A stretch of DNA of 64,000 bases from an uncultured Acidobacteriota bacterium (lineage in GTDB: Bacteria; Acidobacteriota; UBA6911), in contig CAWJKZ010000009.1 in the NCBI GenBank assembly GCA_963843575.1, positions 96,001 through 160,000 on the forward strand. Direction: 5' to 3'. The notes beneath the pieces are model-generated. The model worked only from the letters and a program-made list of their open reading frames with translations. It did no database searches and had not been told where the DNA came from. Below, in pieces: positions 53,017-61,445 of the stretch; positions within the stretch are counted from its first letter, which is position 1, and the number at the start of each line of letters is the position of its first letter. Both the position numbers and the translations under genes were made by a program.

Positions 53017-53936
53017 AGGTTCACGTCCCGGGCGGCTGCCGCACTAACGGCGCCCTGGTTTGCGGGGCCGGTCTCGATCGCAAGCATGACCCCCGCGACG
53101 AGGGCGAACACGATGCCAAGCCCCTTTATCCAATCAATGGGCTCGTGATACACAAAGACGGCTGCCAGGACGGTTATGACCGGATAAAGCTGAACGAACG
53201 GGCTGACGACGGTCGCCTTACCGTGCCGGAAGGCGGCGTAGAGGGTCAGGGTCCCGATTCCCATCAAGACGCCGATTACAAGGCTGATCACCCCGGGCAC
53301 AGCCGGTATGCTCCACGACAGCGATTTCTCCGTGAGTACCAGGTATAGGGCCACAAGTATGAAGGAAACAGTGTAGACCACCGTCGAAAGCTCGTCGGAG
53401 ATGTGGTAAGTCGCGGCTTTCTGTGTGGTCAGCGCAACTCCGTATGAGAGCAGGCAGAGCAGCGTGAACAGCATCCATGGAGCGATCAGCTTCGTCTCTT
53501 TTAGAGAGGCCCCCGGCTCCGAGACCATGTTGAGGAGGACGATGGCCGCCAGAGCGAGCACAATACCTGTTCCCTGGAATTTGTTGATCCGCTCCTTGAA
53601 GAGAAAGGGAGCCACCATTACGGGCAGCAGCGGTATGGCGGTCAGCGGGAAGACCAGGCTTGGAGGCCCATTCTCGGCCAAAGAGCGGTACAGCATCAGA
53701 TTCCCCACGGCGGACGCGACGCCGCAGCCGGTCGCAAAGAGAATGCCCCTTCCATAGTTCGTGGCCTTTTTCAGCTTCTTGGAAAATAGCAGAAGTATCG
53801 CGAAAGGCACCAGCCCGACAGTCGAGAGGATCTGGACCATATAGGCGGACAGGTCCCTGGTCGCGATCGGGGCGATAAGGCTCCAGATCCCGAACATCAG
53901 CATCGCCGTAGTGCAATAGATCAACCATTTGGGCAT
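53013..53936 (-). CDS. EamA/DMT family transporter
   Basis: 10 TM, duplicated EamA repeat (FKERI, GKATVVSPF.QLYPVITVL). Confidence 0.9.
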   Translation of the reverse strand: MPKWLIYCTTAMLMFGIWSLIAPIATRDLSAYMVQILSTVGLVPFAILLLFSKKLKKATNYGRGILFATGCGVASAVGNLMLYRSLAENGPPSLVFPLTAIPLLPVMVAPFLFKERINKFQGTGIVLALAAIVLLNMVSEPGASLKETKLIAPWMLFTLLCLLSYGVALTTQKAATYHISDELSTVVYTVSFILVALYLVLTEKSLSWSIPAVPGVISLVIGVLMGIGTLTLYAAFRHGKATVVSPFVQLYPVITVLAAVFVYHEPIDWIKGLGIVFALVAGVMLAIETGPANQGAVSAAAARDVNL

Positions 53937-53963
53937 AGGTGCTCCTGATTCGCTACGAACAGA

Positions 53964-54848
53964 TCAAACCCCGGCAGTCGTCTTCTCCATACTGAGCACC
54001 ACGCCGGCCAGGATGGCGGCGACGATGCCGGTACCCCTGAGCAAATCGATGGATTCCTGGAACAGCGGCACCGCCGCGAGGACTGTGATGACCGGGTACA
54101 GCTGCGAGTAAGGAGTGACTATGCTCGCCTTGCCGTTCCTGTAGGCGGCAAACATCGTCAAAACCCCTCCTCCCATCAGCACGCCGATAACCAGACTCAG
54201 CCAGCCGGCCCGCACCGGGATGTCCCAGTCCAGGCTCGTGTCAGTGCAGGACAGAACGAGCGCGAGCACGATGAACGAACCCGTGAACGCCACCGTCGAG
54301 AGCTCTTCGGAAATGAAGTAGGTGGCGCCTTTCTGGGTGAGAAAGGTCAGCCCGAAAAGTACGAGCGATGCGACGGTGTACATCATCCAGGTGGACCGGA
54401 ACCCTGAACCGGCCTCTTGCGGTGACGACGGTGTCGCATTCAGCAGGACTATGGCGACCAGGGCCGCAACTATGCCGAGAGCCTGTATGCCGCGGATCCT
54501 TTCGTTGAACAGAAAAGGGGCGGCAACCACCGGTACGAGAGGGGCCAGGCTTATGATCGGGAACACCAGGGAAGCCGGGCCGTCGTGACCCAGGGCGTCG
54601 TAGAGCAGGATGTTTCCAATGCCGCCCATGAGGCCGGTCGCAGAGGCCAGAAGCAGTCCTTTCCAGAGGTGTGTGAACTTCCTCACCTTGGGAGAAAACA
54701 GGAGTGCGATCGCGACGGGTACGAGCCCCGCAGTCGACATGATCTGGATCATGACACCGGACATATCCCGGCTCACGAGCGTCGAGAGCAGGCTCCAGAC
54801 GGCCCAGATCAGCATTGAAATCGTCGCATACACAAACCACTTCGGCAT
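53964..54848 (-). CDS. EamA/DMT family transporter (tandem paralog)
   Basis: Same architecture. Shares MPKW, QK.ATY.IS.ELSTV and QLYPVITVLAA with its neighbour. Confidence 0.9.
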   Translation of the reverse strand: MPKWFVYATISMLIWAVWSLLSTLVSRDMSGVMIQIMSTAGLVPVAIALLFSPKVRKFTHLWKGLLLASATGLMGGIGNILLYDALGHDGPASLVFPIISLAPLVPVVAAPFLFNERIRGIQALGIVAALVAIVLLNATPSSPQEAGSGFRSTWMMYTVASLVLFGLTFLTQKGATYFISEELSTVAFTGSFIVLALVLSCTDTSLDWDIPVRAGWLSLVIGVLMGGGVLTMFAAYRNGKASIVTPYSQLYPVITVLAAVPLFQESIDLLRGTGIVAAILAGVVLSMEKTTAGV

Positions 54849-54890
54849 ACGTCCCGTTCCATCGCTTACATTTTCGTTGCGGCGCCGGCT

Positions 54891-56270
54891 CTACCGCTGC
54901 GGCGGGTCGGTTTCCAGGATCAGCACCCAGTCGCTGTCGCCGCCTTTGTTCTTACCGGGCGGCACGAAGTCGCGGTTGCCCTGATTCGGTAGGAGGTCCT
55001 CGTCGATACGGACCACATCTCCACTTGTTGGGTCAAACCACTGCCCCACAGTGGGAGCTGCGAGACGGCTCATCTGGACAGTGATCGAGCGCGCGCTGGG
55101 CATGTAGACCATCACGAGTTTGCCATCGCTCGAGCGTGCCGCAGTCGCGTAATCCTCGCCGCCGGGGGTGCTGCCGGCGTTGAAAAATCCGCGCCCCGCG
55201 ATGACGACGTTGTGGCCCCAGTCCGGTTCCAGAAGGTGCCACGGCCGGCCGAGAAATGCGCCGTTCAGCACGCCCATGGCCCGCGCTCCGGGATCGTTGA
55301 GACGCTCCAGCCAGCCTTTAGGGTGGGAATAGGTCGCACGGTGGCCATAGATGTGGCCGCAGGCCCCGCCCAGGTAGCTCCACCAGGCCTGGCGTCGGAT
55401 AAACTGCGCCGGCGCATCGCGTTCCATCTCATAGGCGCTTTCGCCCATCACAAAAGGCATTGCGGGCTGTGCAGACCACGCCTGGTAGTTGGCGAAGTAG
55501 ACGTGGTGGCGCTCGCGCCCCTGCATCGCCGGGTAGTAGTTGTACGTCATGTTGAGCGAGAGCCACTTCGCGTCGGGGATCCGGTCGCGAGCGGAGTAGT
55601 CGGACGCGGTGTGGTACGTGTGGATATGGTTGGGATCGGTCTCGGCGATCCCCTCGCACATCAGGATGCTGCGCCGGGTTTCGTTGTGATCCCCGCCTCC
55701 GACCCAGACGATGTTGGGAACATCCTTGTAACGACGCCCGATCCAGCGGCCGAATTCGCGGCATTTCTCGTCGGTGTTGGGTGGAGCCTCGAGAATCTCG
55801 GTCCAGCCGTCGCGGCAGCAGCCCAGGTAATGGGTTGAGACAAAGAGGACGAAACCGCGTTGGGTGCATTCCGCAAGCATCCGATCGATGCGCTTCCAGT
55901 ACGGCTCGTTGGGCTTCGACACGTCCCGGTCGATGAAAGCGTGCTGCCCCTCGAAATCGGGCTGATCGCCGGCGAGCAGGCGTCTGGCATCCCCTTCGCC
56001 GTAGGCATCGGGAACGAACTGGCAAAGGATCGTATTGATCCCTTTCGCCTTGCGATCGTCCAGGTAGGCGCGCAACTCATCCAGCGAAATCGCAAACAGC
56101 ACGCGCCAGCCGGCCTCGCCGTTAACGAAAAAAGGGACGCCGCGCTGGTCCACCAGGTGCCGGCGATTCCCGCTGACCTTCAGCGGGAATGTTGCCGGAG
56201 CTGCCGAGATAGAAAGCTGCAGCGCCAAGACCGCGACCGCCGTCAACAGGATCTTCGTTTTGCTATTCAT
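54891..56270 (-). CDS. Secreted DUF4038 hydrolase #7
   Basis: FPLKVSGNRRHLVDQRGVPFFVNGE, IVWVGGGD, PFVMGESAYE, RRQAWWSYLGGACGH, WFDPTSG, DWVLILE. Confidence 0.88.
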   Translation of the reverse strand: MNSKTKILLTAVAVLALQLSISAAPATFPLKVSGNRRHLVDQRGVPFFVNGEAGWRVLFAISLDELRAYLDDRKAKGINTILCQFVPDAYGEGDARRLLAGDQPDFEGQHAFIDRDVSKPNEPYWKRIDRMLAECTQRGFVLFVSTHYLGCCRDGWTEILEAPPNTDEKCREFGRWIGRRYKDVPNIVWVGGGDHNETRRSILMCEGIAETDPNHIHTYHTASDYSARDRIPDAKWLSLNMTYNYYPAMQGRERHHVYFANYQAWSAQPAMPFVMGESAYEMERDAPAQFIRRQAWWSYLGGACGHIYGHRATYSHPKGWLERLNDPGARAMGVLNGAFLGRPWHLLEPDWGHNVVIAGRGFFNAGSTPGGEDYATAARSSDGKLVMVYMPSARSITVQMSRLAAPTVGQWFDPTSGDVVRIDEDLLPNQGNRDFVPPGKNKGGDSDWVLILETDPPQR

Positions 56271-56342
56271 TCCGAACTCCGAAGGGAAAGCCTTTCAGAA
56301 CCCAATACAGGAGACCCAGGAAACACCAGCCGAAACCAAGCT

Positions 56343-57618
56343 TCATGGCGGCAGGACGACAGGCTGAACCAGATATAGGTGCAGACCACGAGGCCGGCTG
56401 CGGGCGCGAGCAGGGAGATCACTCGCTCCGACCGCAAGCCGGTATCGCCGCCAGGAGCGCAAGAGAGCCGAAAGGTTCACAAAAATGAAACCCAGGCAGG
56501 CACCGAAGTTAACGAACTGCGCCGCCTCGTCCAGGTTCATCACCAGAGGCCCGAGCGCCGAAAGCGCGCCCAAGAGAAGCACGGAGTACAACGGCGTGTT
56601 CAGCGTCGGGTGGATATAGCTGAATATCCTGCGCGGTAGCCGTCCCTCGCGCGCCATCCCGAACAGGAGCCTGGAGGCGCTGGCCTGGCTCGTGACGGCG
56701 CTGGTGAAGGCCTGGCCGACCACCAGCGCCGCTATGGCGGCGAAGAGTGCCGGGCCGCCGACGATCCGTCCGATTTCGCTGAACGCTGTTTCGGACGCGG
56801 GGATCTGGCGCCAGTCCGGACCAGCAAGCGCCCCGAGATAGGTCAGCAACGTGAATGTGCCGCCGCAGATCAGGCACGTGGCGATGGTCGCGAGCGGCAC
56901 GTCGCGCGGTGCGTTCCTGGCATCCTCCGCCAGCGTGGAGATGCCGTCGAATCCCAGGTACGAGAGCACGGCGATTGCGAATGCCGAGCGCGTCGCTCCC
57001 GAGGTCGAAATCCACCGGATTGAAGAACGGCTTGAACGAGACCAGCGTGCCCGCACCGGTGCCCGACAGCAGGGAGGTGATCGCAGCCACGACGAACCAG
57101 ACGACCGACAGGGCGAGCACGATCGTCCAGATGATCGTAAAACGCGCCGTGACCTCGATCCCGCGCAGGTTGATCGCGGTGATGAGAGCGGCCCACCCGA
57201 TGACCCACGCCCAGTGGGGCACCGACGGGAGCGAGCCGTCCCACGGTGGCGCTTATGATCACGACCGAGATGATCGGCATCAGGACATAGTCGAGCACCA
57301 TGGCCCAGCCCGCGAAGTAACCGGCGATCGGGTGCACTTCGGCAGAGGCGTAGGCATACGCCGAACCGGCATTCGGATGCGCTCGGACCATCCTGCCGTA
57401 ACTGATCGCCGTGAACACCATTGCGACGGCGGCGAGCACGTAGACCAGACGCGAAATGACCGCGCGAGTTCGCCGACACCGATCCCGAACATGGCGTAGG
57501 GGGCCGTCGGCCCCACGAACGCGACTCCGAAAAACGTCAGCGCCCCGAGACCGAGGACCGGACGGAAGGCCGGGCTGCCGGTCTGCGTCGAAGCTGTGCT
57601 CTTCCCGCGATCCGCCAC
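56343..57618 (-). CDS. APC-family amino acid/polyamine permease (multiple frameshifts)
   Basis: LGLGALTFFG, FTAISYGRM..AGSAYAYA, GYFAGWAMVLDY, LSYLGFDGISTLAED, ASRLLFGMAR, NFGA. Confidence 0.85.
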
Positions 57619-57621
57619 AAC

Positions 57622-58644
57622 TCACACCCTCACGGTCGATCCGGCCGCCGACGATTCGTAGCAGAGTTCCAGCAGCTTGAGGGTCTTTATGTTGTCCTCC
57701 GCGGTGGTCTCCGCCTCTCCTTCGCCCCGCAGGGCCGACAGCAGGTCCCGGTGGCAGTCGACGATGCTCGACGTGCTCACTTCGTACGCCGGATCACCCC
57801 ACGAGTAGCGCACGGGCGGGTGGCGGCGCGCATGGGTCCCGTTAGCCGTGGTGACCCGGATCCAGTAGTCGGGCGCGAGTTCCGCCGATCCGCGCTGCCC
57901 TTCGACAAAGATGGACGTCTGAATGTAGTGATCGCGTTCGACCGGGATCCGTGCCAGCGCGACCTCGATGACCACGGTCATGCCGCTCTGCATGCGCATC
58001 ATGATGGTCGCCATGTCCTCGCCCTTTATGTCGGGCTGGACCTTCGTTGCATGGCAGTAGAGCGTTTCCACCTCGCCGAACAGGAACCGCGCCGTATCCA
58101 GGAGATGGACGCCGGTGTCGGCCAGAAGGAGACGTTCCAGCTCTTTGAGAAAGGGCTGATTCACGTAGTCGTCCACGCCCGAGATCAGGCTCAGAGTGGC
58201 CCGCGCAGGGCGGCCGATGTCACCCGAATCCAGAACGGTCTTGAGCGCCCTGATAGGCGTCTGCCAACGCCAGTTCTCGTGGATGAGCAGCGGAACGCCT
58301 GCGGTCCGGCACGCGTCCATCATGTCCTCGCACTCGGCGAGGGTCGGCGCCATCGGTTTCTGGCAGATGACCGGCAGCCTGCGCGCCGCCGCGAGCTTGA
58401 CGAAGCGGCCGTGCGACGCGTTGTCGGTGATGATGTCGATGAAGTCGACCTGTTCGCGGTCGAGCATCGCTTCCGCGTCGTCGTACACTGCCGGGATCCC
58501 GAACCGCGCCGCCAGCTCCTCCGCCTTCGATTTCGTTCTGTTGTAGATGGCCACGCAACGGGCGCCCGGTATTTCCTTCCACGCCCCGATCTGGAACTGC
58601 GCCCAGAAACCGGCCCCCAGGATCGCAAACTTCAGTTCTGACAT
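57622..58644 (-). CDS. Gfo/Idh/MocA oxidoreductase, D-apiose dehydrogenase (ApsD)-like
   Basis: GAGFWAQFQ..AW, ICQKPMAP, HENWRWQTPI, QP.L....R....D.GVHLLD.ARF, IKGED.AT resemble ApsD as I recall it. Confidence 0.8.
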   Translation of the reverse strand: MSELKFAILGAGFWAQFQIGAWKEIPGARCVAIYNRTKSKAEELAARFGIPAVYDDAEAMLDREQVDFIDIITDNASHGRFVKLAAARRLPVICQKPMAPTLAECEDMMDACRTAGVPLLIHENWRWQTPIRALKTVLDSGDIGRPARATLSLISGVDDYVNQPFLKELERLLLADTGVHLLDTARFLFGEVETLYCHATKVQPDIKGEDMATIMMRMQSGMTVVIEVALARIPVERDHYIQTSIFVEGQRGSAELAPDYWIRVTTANGTHARRHPPVRYSWGDPAYEVSTSSIVDCHRDLLSALRGEGEAETTAEDNIKTLKLLELCYESSAAGSTVRV

Positions 58645-59801
58645 GCGCTTCTCTCCAAAGGGTAGCGACCGTGACGACGCACCGCCTTGGCCATCGACAC
58701 GATGTTCTCTGGCGGAACGTCCGGCTGTATGTTGTGGACCGAGGCGACGACGAAACCTCCTCCGGGACCAAGATCGAGTATCCGCCGCCGGACCTCCGCC
58801 TCGACGTCGGAGACAGACCCTGAGGGGAGCACCTTCTGGGTGTCGATGCCGCCCCAGAACGTTAGGCGGTCGCCGAATCGCGCCTTGAGTGCGGCAGTGT
58901 TTCCCATCGCCGAAACCTGAACGGGGTTGATCGCGTCGACGCCGATCTCGATCAGATCATCGAGCAGGCCGGTGATGTTGCCGCAACTGTGATAGAAGAC
59001 TTTCGCCTCCGTCTTCGATTTGACGAAATCGAAATAACACTTGTACACCGGCTTCAGCAACCGCCGGAACGTCGAAGGAGACATCAGGAGGCCCTGCTGC
59101 GTGGCGAGATCGTCGGCGGTGCGGAACACCTGGATATAGCGCCCTGCGGCTGCCAGGAACCGACCCGTGCCGGCGGTGTTGATTTCGAGCAGCTTCGACA
59201 TGAGCGCTTTGATGAATTCCGGGTTCTCCGCGACGTCGATGAGGATCCGCTCGAAACCGCGCATGATGAAGGCGAGCTCCCAGAAACTCTTGAATCCGCC
59301 GTCGGCCATGATCGCATAGGGTGTGTTCTCGTAAAGCGCGCGCGCCTCGTCGGCCACTCCCGCGGTGAAACCCGGATCCAGAGGGTCGGGCCAGGGATAC
59401 CGGTCGATGTCTGCGATCGTTGCTTCCGCCAGCGGGTGCCCGACGGCCTCCCAGTAGTACGCGTCGTCGGAATAGAACACTTGCTTCCAGGTGACGCCCC
59501 AGGGATCGATGTTCGTGCCCGGTGGAGAGGGCGGGGGTACCCAGGACGATGGTCCTCTTGAAGTAAGGGCGCGGGTGTCGCTGCCGAGGCGCACGGCGAC
59601 GGACTCGTCGACGCGCACGAGGCGGAACGTGTCGTCCATCATCTGCGTCGGGGCGGCGATGCCAAGGTGCTGCTTCAGGCGCTCGTAACCTTCGGCGAGG
59701 ATCGTCGTGCTGTAGCCCCCGCCGATGTCGATGGGCACGCGGTCCGGTTCCCGGTGGTTGAGGGCACGCATCACTCTTTCGCGCGGCGTCATCTCGCCCA
59801 T
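58632..59801 (-). CDS. Uroporphyrinogen decarboxylase family protein (MtaA/CmuA-like)
   Basis: MTPRERV..ALNHREPDRVP, DDLATQ...LMSP, FYHSCG, INPVQ, FWGGIDTQ, GPGGGFV..SVHNIQ.DVPPEN. Confidence 0.9.
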   Translation of the reverse strand: MGEMTPRERVMRALNHREPDRVPIDIGGGYSTTILAEGYERLKQHLGIAAPTQMMDDTFRLVRVDESVAVRLGSDTRALTSRGPSSWVPPPSPPGTNIDPWGVTWKQVFYSDDAYYWEAVGHPLAEATIADIDRYPWPDPLDPGFTAGVADEARALYENTPYAIMADGGFKSFWELAFIMRGFERILIDVAENPEFIKALMSKLLEINTAGTGRFLAAAGRYIQVFRTADDLATQQGLLMSPSTFRRLLKPVYKCYFDFVKSKTEAKVFYHSCGNITGLLDDLIEIGVDAINPVQVSAMGNTAALKARFGDRLTFWGGIDTQKVLPSGSVSDVEAEVRRRILDLGPGGGFVVASVHNIQPDVPPENIVSMAKAVRRHGRYPLERSACQN

Positions 59802-59849
59802 GGTGAACTCCAGAGTGCGGAGGTTCTGACAAAACCCGCCGATTCGAGG

Positions 59850-59940
59850 CGCGGCGATCGCAGAGAACCACAGACAATAACCTCGTAACAATGGGCTTTT
59901 GAGTCTGCGATCCTCTGCGGCCCCTGCGTCTCTGCGGTGA
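59850..59940. repeat. REP-like inverted repeat (CGCAGAG/CTCTGCG units)
   Basis: GATCGCAGAGAACCACAGA ... TCTGCGATCCTCTGCGGCCCCTGCGTCTCTGCGGTGA. Confidence 0.6.
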
Positions 59941-59993
59941 GTTCTTGCCTTCTCACAGCTACGTGAAGACTAACTATGTGCTTCAGTTGGAAG

Positions 59994-61379
59994 CTACCGT
60001 TTGGGGGCTTCCAGGATCAGGACCCAATCGTTGTCACGGGTGCCATTGTCCCCCGGGGTGACGAATTCCCGAAGTCCAGCATTCGGAAAAGGCGAATCCG
60101 TTATCCGTGTGAAGCTGCCCGTGGCGGGACTGAACCATTGCGCCGTCACCTGCCCGTGCAACCGGCTCATGTCGATGCGGAGCGTGCGGGTGGCGGCGTT
60201 GGTGGGGGGCACGTAGGCCATTACGAGACCGCCGTCGGCCGAACGGGCCGCTGTTACATAGTCCGCCTGCTCGAAGACGCCATACCCGGCGGTGACCGTT
60301 TCATGGTTTTGATCCGGAACCAGCATGTGCCAGGCACGCGACGCAAATATGGACGCCAGCCGACTCATGTCCCCGTTCGCAGGAGAGCCGACGCCGTTGG
60401 GGCCGTCCCAGCCGGGGCGGAAGGGCCAGACCGGATGGTTTCCGAAGAAATGACCGGCACAACCGCTGAGAACGGCCCAGTATGCCTGACGCCGCAGCCG
60501 GCCGCGATCGGACGTGTAAGTACCGCCGTACGTCGAACCGGTAAGATCCTCGTACCTGGCCTCGATCAAGTAGTTGGGTCTTGCGTCACGGCGATTGTAT
60601 TCCCTGAGAGACATCTTGTACGGCTCGTCCGGCGTCCCTCTTCGGCCGAGGTCGTCTCCCGTGTAGACGCCATTGAGTTGCAGGTACGGGGCGAACTTCG
60701 CGTGATCGAGTGAGGTCGTCGATCGGACTCCGTGGTAGCTGTGGAGCTTGTCCGGGTCCTGCTCTTTGATGCCGAGCAGGATCTCGAGCGCATGGGACAC
60801 GCCGGCGGTGTTTTCGGGCGGACTGTAGTCTCCCCCATGCACCCAGATGATGTTCGTGAAATTCCGATAGCGCCCGCCCAGGAAGCGCCCGTATTCGCGG
60901 GATTTTCGCGCGCCGTTCGCGTTGAGTTCTTTCCAGAATCCCTCGTCGCCGCCTCCCACTCCGAAGTAGCAGGGGAAGAGAAAGACGAGTATGCCGTTCT
61001 CTTCGGCTTTCCGGAGCACCCAGTCCGCATGCTTGAAATAGCGTTCGCTCGGCGTGGAAAAGTCGCCGGGAGTGAGAAACGGTCCCACGCCTTCCAGGTT
61101 ATTCGGGGGATTGTCGGCGAACTTGTGCTCGAGGAGATTCACTATCAGAGCGTTGTAGCCAGACCTCGCCCTCTCGGCCAGGTACCGTTCCGCGTCCGCC
61201 CTGTTGAGTTGCACCAGCAGGGACCATGCCGTATCTCCGTGGATGAAGAAAGGGGAGCCGTTCCTGTCGACGAGATACCGGTGATCGGCACTCAGCTTCA
61301 CCGGCAGCCTCGGGGCGGTCGGGGGATGGGACAGTGCGAGGCCGGCGTATACCGCGAAGAGGAGCACAAGGGAGTTCAT
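59994..61379 (-). CDS. Secreted DUF4038 hydrolase #8
   Basis: LPVKLSADHRYLVD..PFFIHGDTAW, IIWVHGGD, YLIEARYE, RRQAYWAVLSGCAGHFFG, DWVLILE. Confidence 0.88.
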   Translation of the reverse strand: MNSLVLLFAVYAGLALSHPPTAPRLPVKLSADHRYLVDRNGSPFFIHGDTAWSLLVQLNRADAERYLAERARSGYNALIVNLLEHKFADNPPNNLEGVGPFLTPGDFSTPSERYFKHADWVLRKAEENGILVFLFPCYFGVGGGDEGFWKELNANGARKSREYGRFLGGRYRNFTNIIWVHGGDYSPPENTAGVSHALEILLGIKEQDPDKLHSYHGVRSTTSLDHAKFAPYLQLNGVYTGDDLGRRGTPDEPYKMSLREYNRRDARPNYLIEARYEDLTGSTYGGTYTSDRGRLRRQAYWAVLSGCAGHFFGNHPVWPFRPGWDGPNGVGSPANGDMSRLASIFASRAWHMLVPDQNHETVTAGYGVFEQADYVTAARSADGGLVMAYVPPTNAATRTLRIDMSRLHGQVTAQWFSPATGSFTRITDSPFPNAGLREFVTPGDNGTRDNDWVLILEAPKR

Positions 61380-61397
61380 CCGTATAATCCAATGGCG

Positions 61398-61439
61398 AAA
61401 AAAGCCCGGCCGGGTTCCATAAGAAACACCCGGCCGGGC
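61398..61439 (-). terminator. Rho-independent terminator after the TonB receptor
   Basis: 12-bp stem GCCCGGCCGGGT/ACCCGGCCGGGC followed by T6 on the minus strand. Confidence 0.8.
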
Positions 61440-61445
61440 AGTGGA

